NCBI GenBank assembly: GCA_965277405.1
Contig: OZ255726.1
Coordinates: 1,632,001-1,696,000 of the forward strand
Reading direction: 5' to 3'
Length of the DNA stretch: 64,000 nt
DNA from: Gammaproteobacteria bacterium
Lineage (GTDB): Bacteria > Pseudomonadota > Gammaproteobacteria > G965277405
Shown: positions 1 through 10,499 of the stretch, piece after piece
Layout of the letters: every line of letters begins with the position of its first letter
How positions within the stretch are numbered: position 1 is the stretch's first letter
Made by a program: the position numbers and the translations under genes
The notes under the pieces: model-generated
The model's input: the letters and a program-made list of their open reading frames with translations, nothing else
Database searches by the model: none
What the model was told of the DNA's origin: nothing

Positions 1-611
1 GAGTTATTGCGGACACGGTTGAGAATGTCTACAAATTGTTGATCGCGTTGTCGATAGACTTTTTCCAACTCAATGTACTCAAGCTGTGTGTGTTGCAGTG
101 CATGCGCACTAAAGAAGTATGGTGACGGGTAGAGTTCGTTGTAACAGTCGCGTTCGTTGTTATTCACTACTGGTGGCAGTTGATATAAGTCGCCAATAAA
201 CACCATTTGCACCCCACCAAATGGTTGTTGTTGATACGGTCCATACCGTTGTAAAAATGTATCTATACAGTCGAGTAAATCGGCACGCAACATTGATACT
301 TCGTCGATGATTATTACTTTGAGATTTTTGAGTACTTCAGGATTTTTGAGATGCGCGCGCCGTGTGCGAATTTTGTCTGGGGTGATATCAATCGAAAAAT
401 TAAAAAACCGATGAATTGTCTGCCCTTTGACATTTATTGCGGCAACACCTGTTGGAGCAAGGACTACTGGTTTTTTTTTGGTGTTGTTACAAAAATATTC
501 AAGCAGGGTCGACTTTCCTGTACCTGCTTTTCCTGAAATAAAGATATGCGATGCTGATGATTCCAAGGCGTCGAGCGCTTGTTGAAACGCATGGTTTATT
601 TCAATCAGCAT
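1..611 (-). CDS. PIF1/RecD-like SF1B helicase, 5' part (runs off window start)
   Basis: Manual minus-strand translation, absent from the ORF track: MLIEINHAFQQALDALESSASHIFISGKAGTGKSTLL (Walker A), VLAPTGVAAINVKGQTIHRFF, IIIDEVSMLRADLLD (Walker B), PFGGVQMVFIGDLYQLPPV, LEKVYRQRD. Confidence 0.9.
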   Translation of the reverse strand, partial: MLIEINHAFQQALDALESSASHIFISGKAGTGKSTLLEYFCNNTKKKPVVLAPTGVAAINVKGQTIHRFFNFSIDITPDKIRTRRAHLKNPEVLKNLKVIIIDEVSMLRADLLDCIDTFLQRYGPYQQQPFGGVQMVFIGDLYQLPPVVNNNERDCYNELYPSPYFFSAHALQHTQLEYIELEKVYRQRDQQFVDILNRVRNN

Positions 612-655
612 CAGTTAGCGGCTCCGTAATACATTGTGTTTAGAAGAAATTTTGC

Positions 656-1507
656 GTGTTGTTTATTAGCATGATTATTATAGTATCGCAACATTCTGCT
701 GTTACTATGTATCAGCATACTCAAGTCTGCAAATATATTGATATGTCTTTTTATAACGCTGTTGAATTTCTATACAAAGCAATCCCTTGGGGACGACTGG
801 CTGCGCTAAGCTTGATCATTATCTGGTTTGCCGCGCCAATCGCAGGGTTGCTGTATCAAATATGGGATGTTAGCCACGCTGGGTTGACGCTACTTACCAC
901 GGTTACGACAGCGTGGCAGCAACTACAAGTGTTGCTAACAAGCGGATGGAGCACATTGGTTGGCATTGGCATTGGATTACCAGTTGTTGCGCTTATTGGC
1001 GCCTTAAATGCTTTTGCAGTGGTGTTTTTACATTTTTCTGGCAAACGCGTGGTCGTTGCTTTGCTTTGGTGTAGTTGCTATATTCCTTGGGTGTTGTGGG
1101 TGGTGACTTTACAAGAATTTACTGTCTTAGGGTATGTGGCGACAGTGGTTGCGATAGGCATTGGACCTATCAGTATTGTCAATATGTATATATTTCGATT
1201 TGTTCCAGGCAATATTCAACGGCATGCGCTGCTTCAAGGTGTCGCACTGTGGTATGTGGCGTTGCGGTTGATACCACAATATGTGTATAAACCAATGGTT
1301 GCTGCGCTGTTATTTTTTATGGTATTGATTGCAGGTAACCTGCAATTGATACAAATAATGACGGATACAGGCTCGCTAGCTCATATATTCATAGCAGTAT
1401 CTCCCGTCATTCAATTGCTGTTCGTGCTACTGTTTGTGGGTGCTGCAGCTGTGATATATACATTAGCTACGCCAGTAATACCGCCGCACAAGCGTGCAAA
1501 TTCATGA
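656..1507 (+). CDS. Integral membrane protein, possibly a divergent ABC-transporter permease
   Basis: Several hydrophobic helices and a weak EAA-like segment (RHALLQGVALWYVALRLIP). Stop overlaps the next start (ATGA). Start uncertain. Confidence 0.5.
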   Translation: MLFISMIIIVSQHSAVTMYQHTQVCKYIDMSFYNAVEFLYKAIPWGRLAALSLIIIWFAAPIAGLLYQIWDVSHAGLTLLTTVTTAWQQLQVLLTSGWSTLVGIGIGLPVVALIGALNAFAVVFLHFSGKRVVVALLWCSCYIPWVLWVVTLQEFTVLGYVATVVAIGIGPISIVNMYIFRFVPGNIQRHALLQGVALWYVALRLIPQYVYKPMVAALLFFMVLIAGNLQLIQIMTDTGSLAHIFIAVSPVIQLLFVLLFVGAAAVIYTLATPVIPPHKRANS

Positions 1508-2505
1508 TTATTGCTCTGCTGTTTGCAGCTGCCCTTACTGTATTGATAGTGTTGGTTATGCGGCGAATGAGCCGCTTATATGTTGTTGCGAGTCATACGA
1601 TTGATGCGTCGCTTGAAGCCGTGTGGCAGGCCGTGAGTGATTTGCGGAATTGGCAGCATTGGAATCCGTGGATTATTCACGAGCCCAACGCGCAAGTGAT
1701 ATATGCGGATGATGCTGTCGATCAAATAGGCAGTTGGTATAGCTGGAACGGCAAACATATTGGTTCTGGAATGTTGACGCATACTGCAATCGTCTCCGAA
1801 CAACGTGTCGATTGTATGCTGCGTTGCGTCGCAGTTGTAAAGTTGACCGCACGCATAACTTTTCTGTTTGAGCAAACCGCAGATGGTGTTGCGGTAACGT
1901 GGCGGATGAGCGGTGGGCTACCGTTCTTCTTATTTATGATCGCCAACATGGTCACTGAATCGCTGCAGCGAGACTATCAGCTTGGGCTGTTGCGCTTGGA
2001 TCAACATCTCAACCCAAATGCTCAAATGTGTGCTATGGCATTTGATGGAGTGGTAGCGCTCGCAGCGTTAGCTGTTGTTAGCAACCGGTTTACACGGAAG
2101 TTTGCCCAACTGGCAATACACATGCAGCATGCATGGATACCACTGTTAGATGCTCAAGCTGTTGGAGAGTTTGCAGCAGAGGGATTATTGATGAGCGCGT
2201 ATATGAACACCAGCCGTAGAAAACAAGCTGTTGATGCATTTGTCGCTGTTGCTGTGAGTGGTGAACCTGTTGTTGAGTTACCATTGGAGGTGGCTAGATT
2301 GGATGGCGGAAAATTTTTTAAGATTACGTATAATGGTGACTACACATTCATGACGATGGTATGGAACAGTGCTATGAACCATTTGCAAATGTATGCATAT
2401 TCAATAGATACGAAACGTCATACTCGAGAGGTCTATTTGGTTGGACCAAACGATGAATCTGATCCAAATAAGTGGGTAACACAGCTGTATATCCCCATTA
2501 AATAG
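1504..2505 (+). CDS. SRPBCC (START-like) domain plus GyrI-like small-molecule-binding domain protein
   Basis: VWQAVSDLRNWQHWNPW and YSWNGKHIGSG (SRPBCC); C-terminal REVYLVGPNDESDPNKWVTQLYIPI (GyrI-like). Confidence 0.8.
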   Translation: MIIALLFAAALTVLIVLVMRRMSRLYVVASHTIDASLEAVWQAVSDLRNWQHWNPWIIHEPNAQVIYADDAVDQIGSWYSWNGKHIGSGMLTHTAIVSEQRVDCMLRCVAVVKLTARITFLFEQTADGVAVTWRMSGGLPFFLFMIANMVTESLQRDYQLGLLRLDQHLNPNAQMCAMAFDGVVALAALAVVSNRFTRKFAQLAIHMQHAWIPLLDAQAVGEFAAEGLLMSAYMNTSRRKQAVDAFVAVAVSGEPVVELPLEVARLDGGKFFKITYNGDYTFMTMVWNSAMNHLQMYAYSIDTKRHTREVYLVGPNDESDPNKWVTQLYIPIK

Positions 2506-3797
2506 TGATGAGCATACACACCCTAATTCCACAAATTACTCCATATATTAAAGCGCACGCGCAGACGACGGTAGTGTTTTTTATTACAGGTGCTGCGTTT
2601 GCATCGAGCAATTTTTCTGGGTTAATGCAAGAAATAAAGCTCGCACATGCGTTGGGTATGCGTTGTATTTTGGTCTGTGGCGCCCGCCTGCAAATTGATG
2701 CGGCTATGCAGGCTGCTGGCAAAACATTCACTATGCATGCGAATCGTCGCATTACTAGTGCAGATGATATGCCATTGATTGCCCAAGTCGTCACTGCACT
2801 GCGATTGCGTGTGCAGCAGGAGTTTTCTAAAGCAGCTAGCACGCCGCCGTATGCCAGCAATGACCAACTCGTTGTTTGGGGGAATACGGTAATTGCCCGG
2901 CCAATTGGCATAATTAACGGTGTAGATTTTCAACACAGCGGGCGCGTGCGCACTGTGCAACATGCCGCGATTAATAAATTATTAGACGCAGGCTGCATCG
3001 TCGCACTGGATCCGTTAATGGCGTCACGCACAGGGCTATTGTATAACCTTAGCACCGCAGCAATTGTGCTGGCTATGGTCAAGCTCACAGCCGTTGATAA
3101 ATTAGTAGTCTGCGCTGAAATTGGCAAATTACGTAGTAAGGGCGAGCTTGGTAATTGGAGCAGGGCAGCGGTCAGGCAAGCCGCAGCAACGGCGCCGCCG
3201 GCACATGCGGCATTGCTAGAGCTGATGTATACAGCAAGCAAAAATGTGCGGGTGCATTGTATTGATTGCCACGAATCAGGGGCGTTGTTAAATGAATTAT
3301 ACACCCGCGATGGCAGCGGTATCATGATTGACGATGAATACCAACAAGTCATTCAAGCGCAGCAAACGGATATTGCTGATTTGATGCAACTGCTGATTGA
3401 CCCAATGGAGCAAGAAGAGATGCGCTACCGTGATGCTTCGGAGATAGAATCTCTACTTAAATATTTTTGGTTGTTGCAACGAGACAAAAAAACCATTGCC
3501 TGCGCAGCACTCAAGCCGTTTGGTCAGCAACAGGCAGAGATATTTTGTTTTACTGTAGCGCCAGATTATCGCAGTCAAGGGATCGGCCGTGAGTTGTTAC
3601 ATGCTGTTGAACAGCAAGCACGGCAGGTAGGTCAAGCACGGCAGGTAGTTAATGTGCAGGTGTTTTTGTATACTTCGCAAACCAAGGAATGGTATTGTGA
3701 GCAAGGGTATGAACACGTTGGCAACGATATATTGCCAGCTGGACATAGCTATGATGCGACCCGTGGGTCTTCAATTTTGCGAAAAATTTTACGATGA
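2505..3797 (+). CDS. argA: Amino-acid N-acetyltransferase (N-acetylglutamate synthase)
   Basis: AAK domain (PYIKAH, RPIGIINGVDFQHSGRVR), ALLNELYTRDGSG linker, C-terminal GNAT domain (IACAAL, YRSQGIG). Confidence 0.9.
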   Translation: MMSIHTLIPQITPYIKAHAQTTVVFFITGAAFASSNFSGLMQEIKLAHALGMRCILVCGARLQIDAAMQAAGKTFTMHANRRITSADDMPLIAQVVTALRLRVQQEFSKAASTPPYASNDQLVVWGNTVIARPIGIINGVDFQHSGRVRTVQHAAINKLLDAGCIVALDPLMASRTGLLYNLSTAAIVLAMVKLTAVDKLVVCAEIGKLRSKGELGNWSRAAVRQAAATAPPAHAALLELMYTASKNVRVHCIDCHESGALLNELYTRDGSGIMIDDEYQQVIQAQQTDIADLMQLLIDPMEQEEMRYRDASEIESLLKYFWLLQRDKKTIACAALKPFGQQQAEIFCFTVAPDYRSQGIGRELLHAVEQQARQVGQARQVVNVQVFLYTSQTKEWYCEQGYEHVGNDILPAGHSYDATRGSSILRKILR

Positions 3798-4129
3798 AAC
3801 GCATCTATCAAGCATTATTGAACTCATGGGCAGGCTGCCAAGTGGTATTTGCTGAAAAAGCATTCAAACAAGAGCTGGTGTTGGCGGTGGTGCTCATTCC
3901 ATTGAGCTGGTTTATCGCAGCGACCCCAGTAGAATTTTTATTATTAAATCATGCGTTGCTGCAAGTATTACTCGCAGAAATATTCAACACAGCAATCGAA
4001 AGTTGCATCGACCGTGTCGGTCCTGAAATCCACAGATTCTCAAAAATGGCAAAAGACTTAGGCTCGCTAGCAGTTATGCTGGCAATGTTGTGGTTATTGA
4101 TTGTCTGGTGCGTCATTATCTATCTATGA
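3794..4129 (+). CDS. dgkA: Diacylglycerol kinase
   Basis: EKAFKQE, AEIFNTAIESCIDRVGPEIH, AKDLGSLAV. Confidence 0.95.
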   Translation: MKRIYQALLNSWAGCQVVFAEKAFKQELVLAVVLIPLSWFIAATPVEFLLLNHALLQVLLAEIFNTAIESCIDRVGPEIHRFSKMAKDLGSLAVMLAMLWLLIVWCVIIYL

Positions 4130-5697
4130 AACAGCACGAAAGACGAATTATTGATGCGCGACTTGATGGTGTTTTGGTTGCAGAGTACGCCAAGCAACAA
4201 CAGCCAAGCAGCCAGATTATTGGCAGGCGTGGGGTGTTGGCAATGCAAGCTGGCGATATTGAAGTTGATTTTAGCAGGCATTGCATCAGTCAAGTGGGCT
4301 TGGAGGCATTGTATCAAATTGCGGCAAAGGCCAATATCCAGCGGCAGTTTAGCCAAATGTGCAAGGGGGAGATTGTCAATGTCAGCGAGCAGCGACCCGC
4401 ATGGCATACTCAATTACGCGTGCCGCGACGGGAACAAGGCAAATCCGCACAACAGATGTTCGAACAAATGGAACGGATTGTTGCTATGGTTCGTGATGGC
4501 ACTTGGCTTGGTGTGAATAGCAAACCAATACGAACGATTGTGAATATCGGTATTGGGGGCTCTTCATTAGGACCAGATTTTGGCTATGATGCCTTGGCAG
4601 ATGACAACAGTTTACCACTGTTGCAGCTCGCCAATATTGACCCTGCGGCAATTGCGGGAGTATTAGGGAAAATCGACATTGCTACCACGCTGTTTATTGT
4701 CGTGTCAAAATCTTTGCAAACCCAGGAAACCCATGCAAATTTGCAGGCGATTCGCCAATATTGGCAGCTGCATTATCCTGAAGATGCTTTTTGGCAGCAA
4801 GCGATTGCGGTGACCGCCGCTTGGCAACAGGCGTTGCAGCTTGGGTTTAGGACAAACGCGATTGTGCCGATGTATGACTGGATCGGTGGGCGGTTTTCGT
4901 TGTGGTCTGCCGCAGGGCTGAGTATCGCCATAGCAGTTGGCTGGGTGGCATTTAGTGGCTTGTTGACTGGTGGTAATATTATCGATGAGCATGCCCAGCA
5001 CAGCCCCGCACAACAGAATATGCCGCTGACTATGGCATTGCTTGGATTTTGGTATAAGCAATATTGGCGCTGCCAAACGGAAGCGTTGTTGGTGTATAGC
5101 CATCGGCTGCGCAAATTTCCTGAATATTGCCAGCAGTTGACAATGGAAAGCAACGGCAAGAGTGTGGATATTGATGGCAAAGTGATTCACTACCCAACCG
5201 CCAGCATTGTCTGGGGTGGGGAGAATACTAATGGACAGCACGCATTCCACCAACTCCTCCACCAAGGTAGCCATGTTGTACCAGCAGATTTTATTCTGCC
5301 TTTGGTAACGGATACGCTCGATGGCGTCGACACTGCAGCGATGCACGCTGCATTGGTCGCCAATGCTTTGGCGCAGGCTAAGGCGTTTTCAGCAGGCGAG
5401 CAGCCTGATAATCCGTATGGACAAGTTCCAGGCAATAAACCGTGTTCAATAATTAGTTTTGGTGCTGTTTCACCAATTAGTGTCGGCGGGCTTGTGGCGT
5501 TGTATGAACATAAAACCGTGTTTGAGGCGCTGCTTTGCAACATCAATCCCTTCGATCAATTTGGCGTATTACTTGGTAAAAAACTCGCAACAAACATATT
5601 AACCAGCATGCACAACAGCCAACAAACGGACGTATTAACAACACGGTTATTGCGGCGGCATCGCCAATATAACGCAACCTTAGGAAGCTCTGATTAA
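4126..5697 (+). CDS. pgi: Glucose-6-phosphate isomerase
   Basis: IVNIGIGGSSLGP, WIGGRFSLWSA, QQLTMESNGK, GQHAFHQLLHQG, INPFDQFGV. ATG overlaps the dgkA stop; stop codon lies inside MITE copy 1. Confidence 0.95.
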   Translation: MKQHERRIIDARLDGVLVAEYAKQQQPSSQIIGRRGVLAMQAGDIEVDFSRHCISQVGLEALYQIAAKANIQRQFSQMCKGEIVNVSEQRPAWHTQLRVPRREQGKSAQQMFEQMERIVAMVRDGTWLGVNSKPIRTIVNIGIGGSSLGPDFGYDALADDNSLPLLQLANIDPAAIAGVLGKIDIATTLFIVVSKSLQTQETHANLQAIRQYWQLHYPEDAFWQQAIAVTAAWQQALQLGFRTNAIVPMYDWIGGRFSLWSAAGLSIAIAVGWVAFSGLLTGGNIIDEHAQHSPAQQNMPLTMALLGFWYKQYWRCQTEALLVYSHRLRKFPEYCQQLTMESNGKSVDIDGKVIHYPTASIVWGGENTNGQHAFHQLLHQGSHVVPADFILPLVTDTLDGVDTAAMHAALVANALAQAKAFSAGEQPDNPYGQVPGNKPCSIISFGAVSPISVGGLVALYEHKTVFEALLCNINPFDQFGVLLGKKLATNILTSMHNSQQTDVLTTRLLRRHRQYNATLGSSD

Positions 5698-5969
5698 GTC
5701 CATGACGGGCGAGACGGAGAAAAAACGCTGATGAAACTTAAGCGCAGTGCGCAGATAATACTGGTGGTCGTGTGGGTGTTGCCAAGTGCGGCAACGACGT
5801 TAGCACAGCGTTTTTTGCCGTCGTTGTGTTGAATATACTTTGGGTTTGCTGCAGCGGTACTTGCTGTGTTGCATCCCTGGGCGTATATGCTACGGCATGC
5901 GCTTAGCGCCTTGCAATCATCAGCAATTGCAGGCAAACCCGCTCCAGCAGCGAGTTAATCAGAGCTTCC
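5683..5969 (+). mobile_element. MITE copy 1 (full length)
   Basis: GGAAGCTCTGATTAA ... TTAATCAGAGCTTCC followed by TTAG; internal sequence shared with the other copies. Confidence 0.92.
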
Positions 5970-5970
5970 T

Positions 5971-6232
5971 TAGATTTTTATCTGGTGATGAATACACAAT
6001 TGCTGATATCGCGACATATCCGTGGTATGGGACATTGGTCATTGGTGAGCAATATGATGCGCAAGAGTTTCTTGATGTGCAAGGTTATACGCATGTTGCG
6101 CGCTGGGCTAATGAAATTCACAGCAGACCTGCTGTCATTCGTGGCTCGCGAGTGAATACAGCATGGGGACCAGCAGAAGAACAACTACATGAACGCCACA
6201 GCGCTGCTGATTTTACTACGTGTCCCAAGTAG
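5971..6232 (+). pseudogene. yghU: C-terminal fragment of a YghU-type glutathione S-transferase / disulfide oxidoreductase
   Basis: FLSGDEYTIADIATYPWYG ... EFLDV ... RPAVIRG ... QLHERHSAADF; N-terminal domain missing, fragment starts at the MITE end. Confidence 0.8.
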
Positions 6233-6248
6233 TGTTCATGTTGATTTG

Positions 6249-7019
6249 TCAAAAAATATTGCGTTGCTGACGCAGGTATATAAACAGTTCAAACGCGGTT
6301 GCAATACCATGTGTTTTGCTAAATTTAGGCAGTAGTGCTTGGCAACGGAGAAATGGATTGATAGTGCGTTCAAGGCCGACTGTGGTTGGCACGCTGGGAA
6401 TATGCTGTTGCCGTTGTGCTATAACTTTGGCAGTGTGGGTTGTTATTGCTTGATTATCAGGGTCGAACTGCTGGGCAAAAGATAAGTTTTTTAACGTGTA
6501 TTCATGCGCGCAATACAACAACGTTTCAGCAGGCATTGCTGCAAATGTTTGCAGTGTTTGGTATAAATCTTTGCCGTCACTATCGTTGATGCGACCACAG
6601 CCGGCGCTAAAAATAACATCACCAGAAAACATCATTGGCGTATCGCCATCTTGGAATTGATAACTAATGTGTTCTCGCGTATGGCCTGGTGTGTCAAGCA
6701 CATGGACTTGGTAGTCGAATATTTCAATCACATCACCACCACGCACAATTGTGCGTGTTTGTGGCAGATCTGGTCCATATACTTGGGAGCAGCTTGGGTA
6801 TTTTGTGAACACTGCATTGGTTGCGCCAACATGGTCGCTATGGCGGTGGGTGAGCAATATTCCAAGAACGTTATATTGATGCCGTGTTAAAAATTCAAAT
6901 AATGGCGCCGCCTCACCTGGATCAACAACCCAAACATCGGCTGAATCTGGCTTGGCAAGCACCCAGATATAATTGTCAAGCGCGCCGACGAGTGCAGGGA
7001 TGGCGTGGATAGATAGCAT
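6249..7019 (-). CDS. gloB: Hydroxyacylglutathione hydrolase (glyoxalase II)
   Basis: DNYIW, THRHSDHVG, TPGHT, FSGDVIFSAGCGR, CAHEYT, ERTINPFLR. Confidence 0.93.
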   Translation of the reverse strand: MLSIHAIPALVGALDNYIWVLAKPDSADVWVVDPGEAAPLFEFLTRHQYNVLGILLTHRHSDHVGATNAVFTKYPSCSQVYGPDLPQTRTIVRGGDVIEIFDYQVHVLDTPGHTREHISYQFQDGDTPMMFSGDVIFSAGCGRINDSDGKDLYQTLQTFAAMPAETLLYCAHEYTLKNLSFAQQFDPDNQAITTHTAKVIAQRQQHIPSVPTTVGLERTINPFLRCQALLPKFSKTHGIATAFELFIYLRQQRNIF

Positions 7020-7038
7020 ATTGTGTGGAGTAGTTTAG

Positions 7039-7325
7039 GGAAGCTCTGATTAAGTCCATGATGGGCGAGACGGAGAAAAAACGCTGATGATAACTAGGCG
7101 CAGTGCGCAGATAATACTGGTGGTATTATCAAGTGCTGCAACGACGTTAGCGCAGCGTTTTTTCCCGTCCTTCTGTTGAATATACTTTGGGTTTGCGGCA
7201 ATTGCTGTGCTTGCTGTGTTGCATCCCTTGGCGTATATGCTACGGCATGCGCCTGCGGAATGCGCCTTGCAATCATCAGCAATTGCCATCAAACTCGCTC
7301 CATCAGCGACTGAATCAGAGCTTCC
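7039..7325 (+). mobile_element. MITE copy 2 (full length, TTAG target duplication)
   Basis: TTAG|GGAAGCTCTGATTAA ... TGAATCAGAGCTTCC|TTAG. Confidence 0.95.
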
Positions 7326-7434
7326 TTAGTTTAGAGCTTGCCTAACATCTATTTTGGCAAGCCGCGCTTAGATTGTGTTATGAGTGTAGTCATATCCACA
7401 ATAGCTGATAATATGCTGCTGTACTAGACTCTTT

Positions 7435-8622
7435 ATGCAACACATGAACACAGCAAAACACCTCCGCAGTTTGAATCCATTATTTATACCAGGGCCAACC
7501 AATATTCCATTGCGGTTGCAGCAAGCAATGCAGTATTGGGCCGCTGACCACCGCGCACCTGACTTTCATGAATTTATTCAGCCAATTTATGCTGGATTGT
7601 TGGATATTTTTAATAGCAAGGATGCTACGCCAATTGTGATCACCGCCAGCGGGACAGGGGGTTGGGAGGCAGCACTTACTAATTTGCTGTCGCTTGGCGA
7701 CAAAGTGGCGGCAACTAATAACGGCATGTTTGGGCAAAGGTGGATTGAAATGTGCCATGGTCTACAATACCGCGTACAAGAAGTGGCTGGAGTGTGGGGT
7801 GATGGTGCATCTGCATCCGCATTTGCCCAAGCATTGATTGACGATGCCAATCACGATATTAAAGCAGTACTCGTCACCCATAATGAAACATCGACCGGTG
7901 TAACTTCTGATGTTGCGGCAATTCGTGCGGCATTGGATTCTGCAAATCATCCTGCATTGTTGTTGGTTGACTGTATCAGCTCATTGGCATCGATTGATGT
8001 GCAAATGGATGAGTGGGGTATTGATGTGGTGCTGGGTGGGTCGCAAAAAGGATTCATGCTAGCAACTGGAGCAACGGTGCTAGGTTTTAGCCCAAAAGCC
8101 ATGGCGGCGATGGAACAGGCAGGTTCGCCACGCTCATTTTTTGATATCAAAGCCATGGTTGCAGCAAACAACGCTGGTACCTTTCCGTTTACGCCGTCTA
8201 TACCGTTGCTGGCGGGATTGAGAGAAAGCATTGCCATGCTGCTAGAAGAAGGGCTAGAAAATGTGTATGCGCGGCATAGGTTTATTGCTACAGGTGTCCG
8301 TGCTGCAATTGCAGCGTGGAGTTTGCAGCTGTGTGCCAACCATGCTGATGTATATTCTGATACCGTCAGCACAGTCATGGTGCCAGATGGTTTTGATAGC
8401 GAAAGAGTCGTACTGCAAGCATATGAAAAATATGGTGTCTCATATGGCGCAGGGCTTGGGCAAGTTGCAGGCAAAGCATTTCGGATTGGGCATATCGGCA
8501 TGATGACCGCCACCCAAGCTCTCGCTGGGATAGCGACGGCAGAAATGGCAATGGTTGATGTTGGTATCCAGATTAAACTTGGCAGCGGCATAACCGCCGC
8601 ACAACAATGGTACATGCAGTAG
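7435..8622 (+). CDS. Class V PLP aminotransferase (serine/alanine-glyoxylate aminotransferase type)
   Basis: FIPGPTN, SGTGGWEAA, THNETSTGV, VDCISSL, GSQKGFML (PLP lysine), FRIGHIG. Confidence 0.9.
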   Translation: MQHMNTAKHLRSLNPLFIPGPTNIPLRLQQAMQYWAADHRAPDFHEFIQPIYAGLLDIFNSKDATPIVITASGTGGWEAALTNLLSLGDKVAATNNGMFGQRWIEMCHGLQYRVQEVAGVWGDGASASAFAQALIDDANHDIKAVLVTHNETSTGVTSDVAAIRAALDSANHPALLLVDCISSLASIDVQMDEWGIDVVLGGSQKGFMLATGATVLGFSPKAMAAMEQAGSPRSFFDIKAMVAANNAGTFPFTPSIPLLAGLRESIAMLLEEGLENVYARHRFIATGVRAAIAAWSLQLCANHADVYSDTVSTVMVPDGFDSERVVLQAYEKYGVSYGAGLGQVAGKAFRIGHIGMMTATQALAGIATAEMAMVDVGIQIKLGSGITAAQQWYMQ

Positions 8623-8844
8623 TTGTGTTTGCGCGATCATTGATAAGCAGTACTCTTGTATCTTTGTTTTGTTGTTGTATTTCCCGGTGGATTGCAGCCA
8701 CGGTTGCGTAAAGCCAGCAAGCGCAGTTATTGATGCTGGCTGATGCTGGCCATTAACAGATGGAGCAAGCGTTGCACAGCAAATTAAAGTCAAATATCGC
8801 CAGATTACGACAAAAAATATACTGGCGATTCTCATCATTTTTAG

Positions 8845-8898
8845 ATAATCATGTTGCAATGCATAATCATGTTGCAATGCATAATAATGTAGCATTGC
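8845..8898. repeat. 18-bp tandem repeat, 3 units
   Basis: ATAATCATGTTGCAATGC twice, plus degenerate ATAATAATGTAGCATTGC. Confidence 0.85.
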
Positions 8899-9087
8899 TT
8901 TACTATATGCTACATATCACATGGCTACACCAGCGCGTGTTGTGCCTGCATGTGGCAACGCTGCTTAATCAGCAAAAAACACATGGAAACGACAACTTGT
9001 TCGTGTAAATTTTGTAGGGCGGTGTGGTATTTCTATCCCATCGTGCTGTATAGGGTTTTGATTTTTTAATGGATATGTAACACCCCA

Positions 9088-10497
9088 ATGGTTGCAGATA
9101 TATTTTTATACAACACACTAACGCGAAAAAAACAACGCTTTACTCCGCTGACACCAGCACAGATTCGCATGTATGTGTGCGGGATGACGGTGTATGACTT
9201 CTGCCACCTTGGCCACGCGCGGGTAATGGTGGTGTTTGATGCATTTGTGCGCTACCTGCGCCACCGTGGCTACGATGTATTGTATGTGCGCAACATTACC
9301 GATGTCGACGATAAAATTGTTGCGCGCGCGGCTCAACGCAATATCAGCGCAGCGTCGCTCACGGATGAATTCATCAACCATATGCACGATGACGAACGCG
9401 CCCTCGGCAATATTCCGCCCGATGTGCAGCCACGCGTCAGCGAGAATATTGACGCCATCATCGCGCTGATTAACACCCTCATCCAGCGTAATCACGCCTA
9501 CGTTGCCTCAAATAATGATGTGTATTTTCGGGTGCGTTCGTTTACTGAATACGGTCAACTTAGCGGCAGAAATATCGAACAATTACTCGTTGGTGCCAGA
9601 GTTGAGGCTTCAGCGCATAAAGAAGATCCGCTTGACTTTGCGTTATGGAAAGCTGCTGACAGCGGTGACGCGCGCTGGCAATCTCCATGGGGAATGGGGC
9701 GGCCTGGTTGGCATATTGAATGCTCGGCGATGTCCATGCGCACACTCGGGGAAACATTTGACATCCATGGTGGTGGCCCAGATTTAATTTTTCCCCATCA
9801 TGAAAATGAAATTGCACAATCTTGCTGTGCTACTGGTAAGCCATATGCGCGGTATTGGATGCACATTGGCGCGATTGTTGTTGACGGACAAAAAATGTCG
9901 AAATCGCTAGGAAATTTTCATACAATTGCAGATTTACGCGCCCAATATCACCCGTTATTGCTCCGCTATTTCTTATTAAGCAGCCACTACCGCAGCCCTG
10001 TTGACTTTCAAACAGCCAATATTCAAGCTAGCAGTCAGGCGTTAAACCGCTTGCTATTGAGTCTGCGTAATCACGATATTGCCAGCAGCGCGGATGAGGA
10101 TGTGGCAACGAATGCATTTGCAACAGACTTTTACCAGGCCCTCGACGATGACTTCAACACTCCAGCGGCATTTGCCGTATTGTTTGCGCTTGCCCGTGAA
10201 CTCAATAAGGCAACAGCAGCTACTGCTGCTAGGCTTGCTGCAACACTCATCACCATCAGCGCCAGTATTGGTCTCGATCTTAGCAATCCAGAAACATTAT
10301 TAAAATCGACATTAAAATCGGCGTCGCCGCAGCATGATTCTCTCAATGACCAACAAATTGCAGGGTATATTCAGCAACGCCAAGATGCGCGTTTAAACAA
10401 AAAATTTGCCGAGGCTGACCGGATTCGCGAGGTGTTATTGGCAGCGAATATTGTCATCGAAGATACCCCGCAAGGTAGCAGTTGGAGACGAAAATAA
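9088..10497 (+). CDS. cysS: Cysteinyl-tRNA synthetase
   Basis: MYVCGMTVYDFCHLGHAR, GRPGWHIECSAM, FPHHENE, KMSKS. Confidence 0.97.
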   Translation: MVADIFLYNTLTRKKQRFTPLTPAQIRMYVCGMTVYDFCHLGHARVMVVFDAFVRYLRHRGYDVLYVRNITDVDDKIVARAAQRNISAASLTDEFINHMHDDERALGNIPPDVQPRVSENIDAIIALINTLIQRNHAYVASNNDVYFRVRSFTEYGQLSGRNIEQLLVGARVEASAHKEDPLDFALWKAADSGDARWQSPWGMGRPGWHIECSAMSMRTLGETFDIHGGGPDLIFPHHENEIAQSCCATGKPYARYWMHIGAIVVDGQKMSKSLGNFHTIADLRAQYHPLLLRYFLLSSHYRSPVDFQTANIQASSQALNRLLLSLRNHDIASSADEDVATNAFATDFYQALDDDFNTPAAFAVLFALARELNKATAATAARLAATLITISASIGLDLSNPETLLKSTLKSASPQHDSLNDQQIAGYIQQRQDARLNKKFAEADRIREVLLAANIVIEDTPQGSSWRRK

Positions 10498-10499
10498 TA

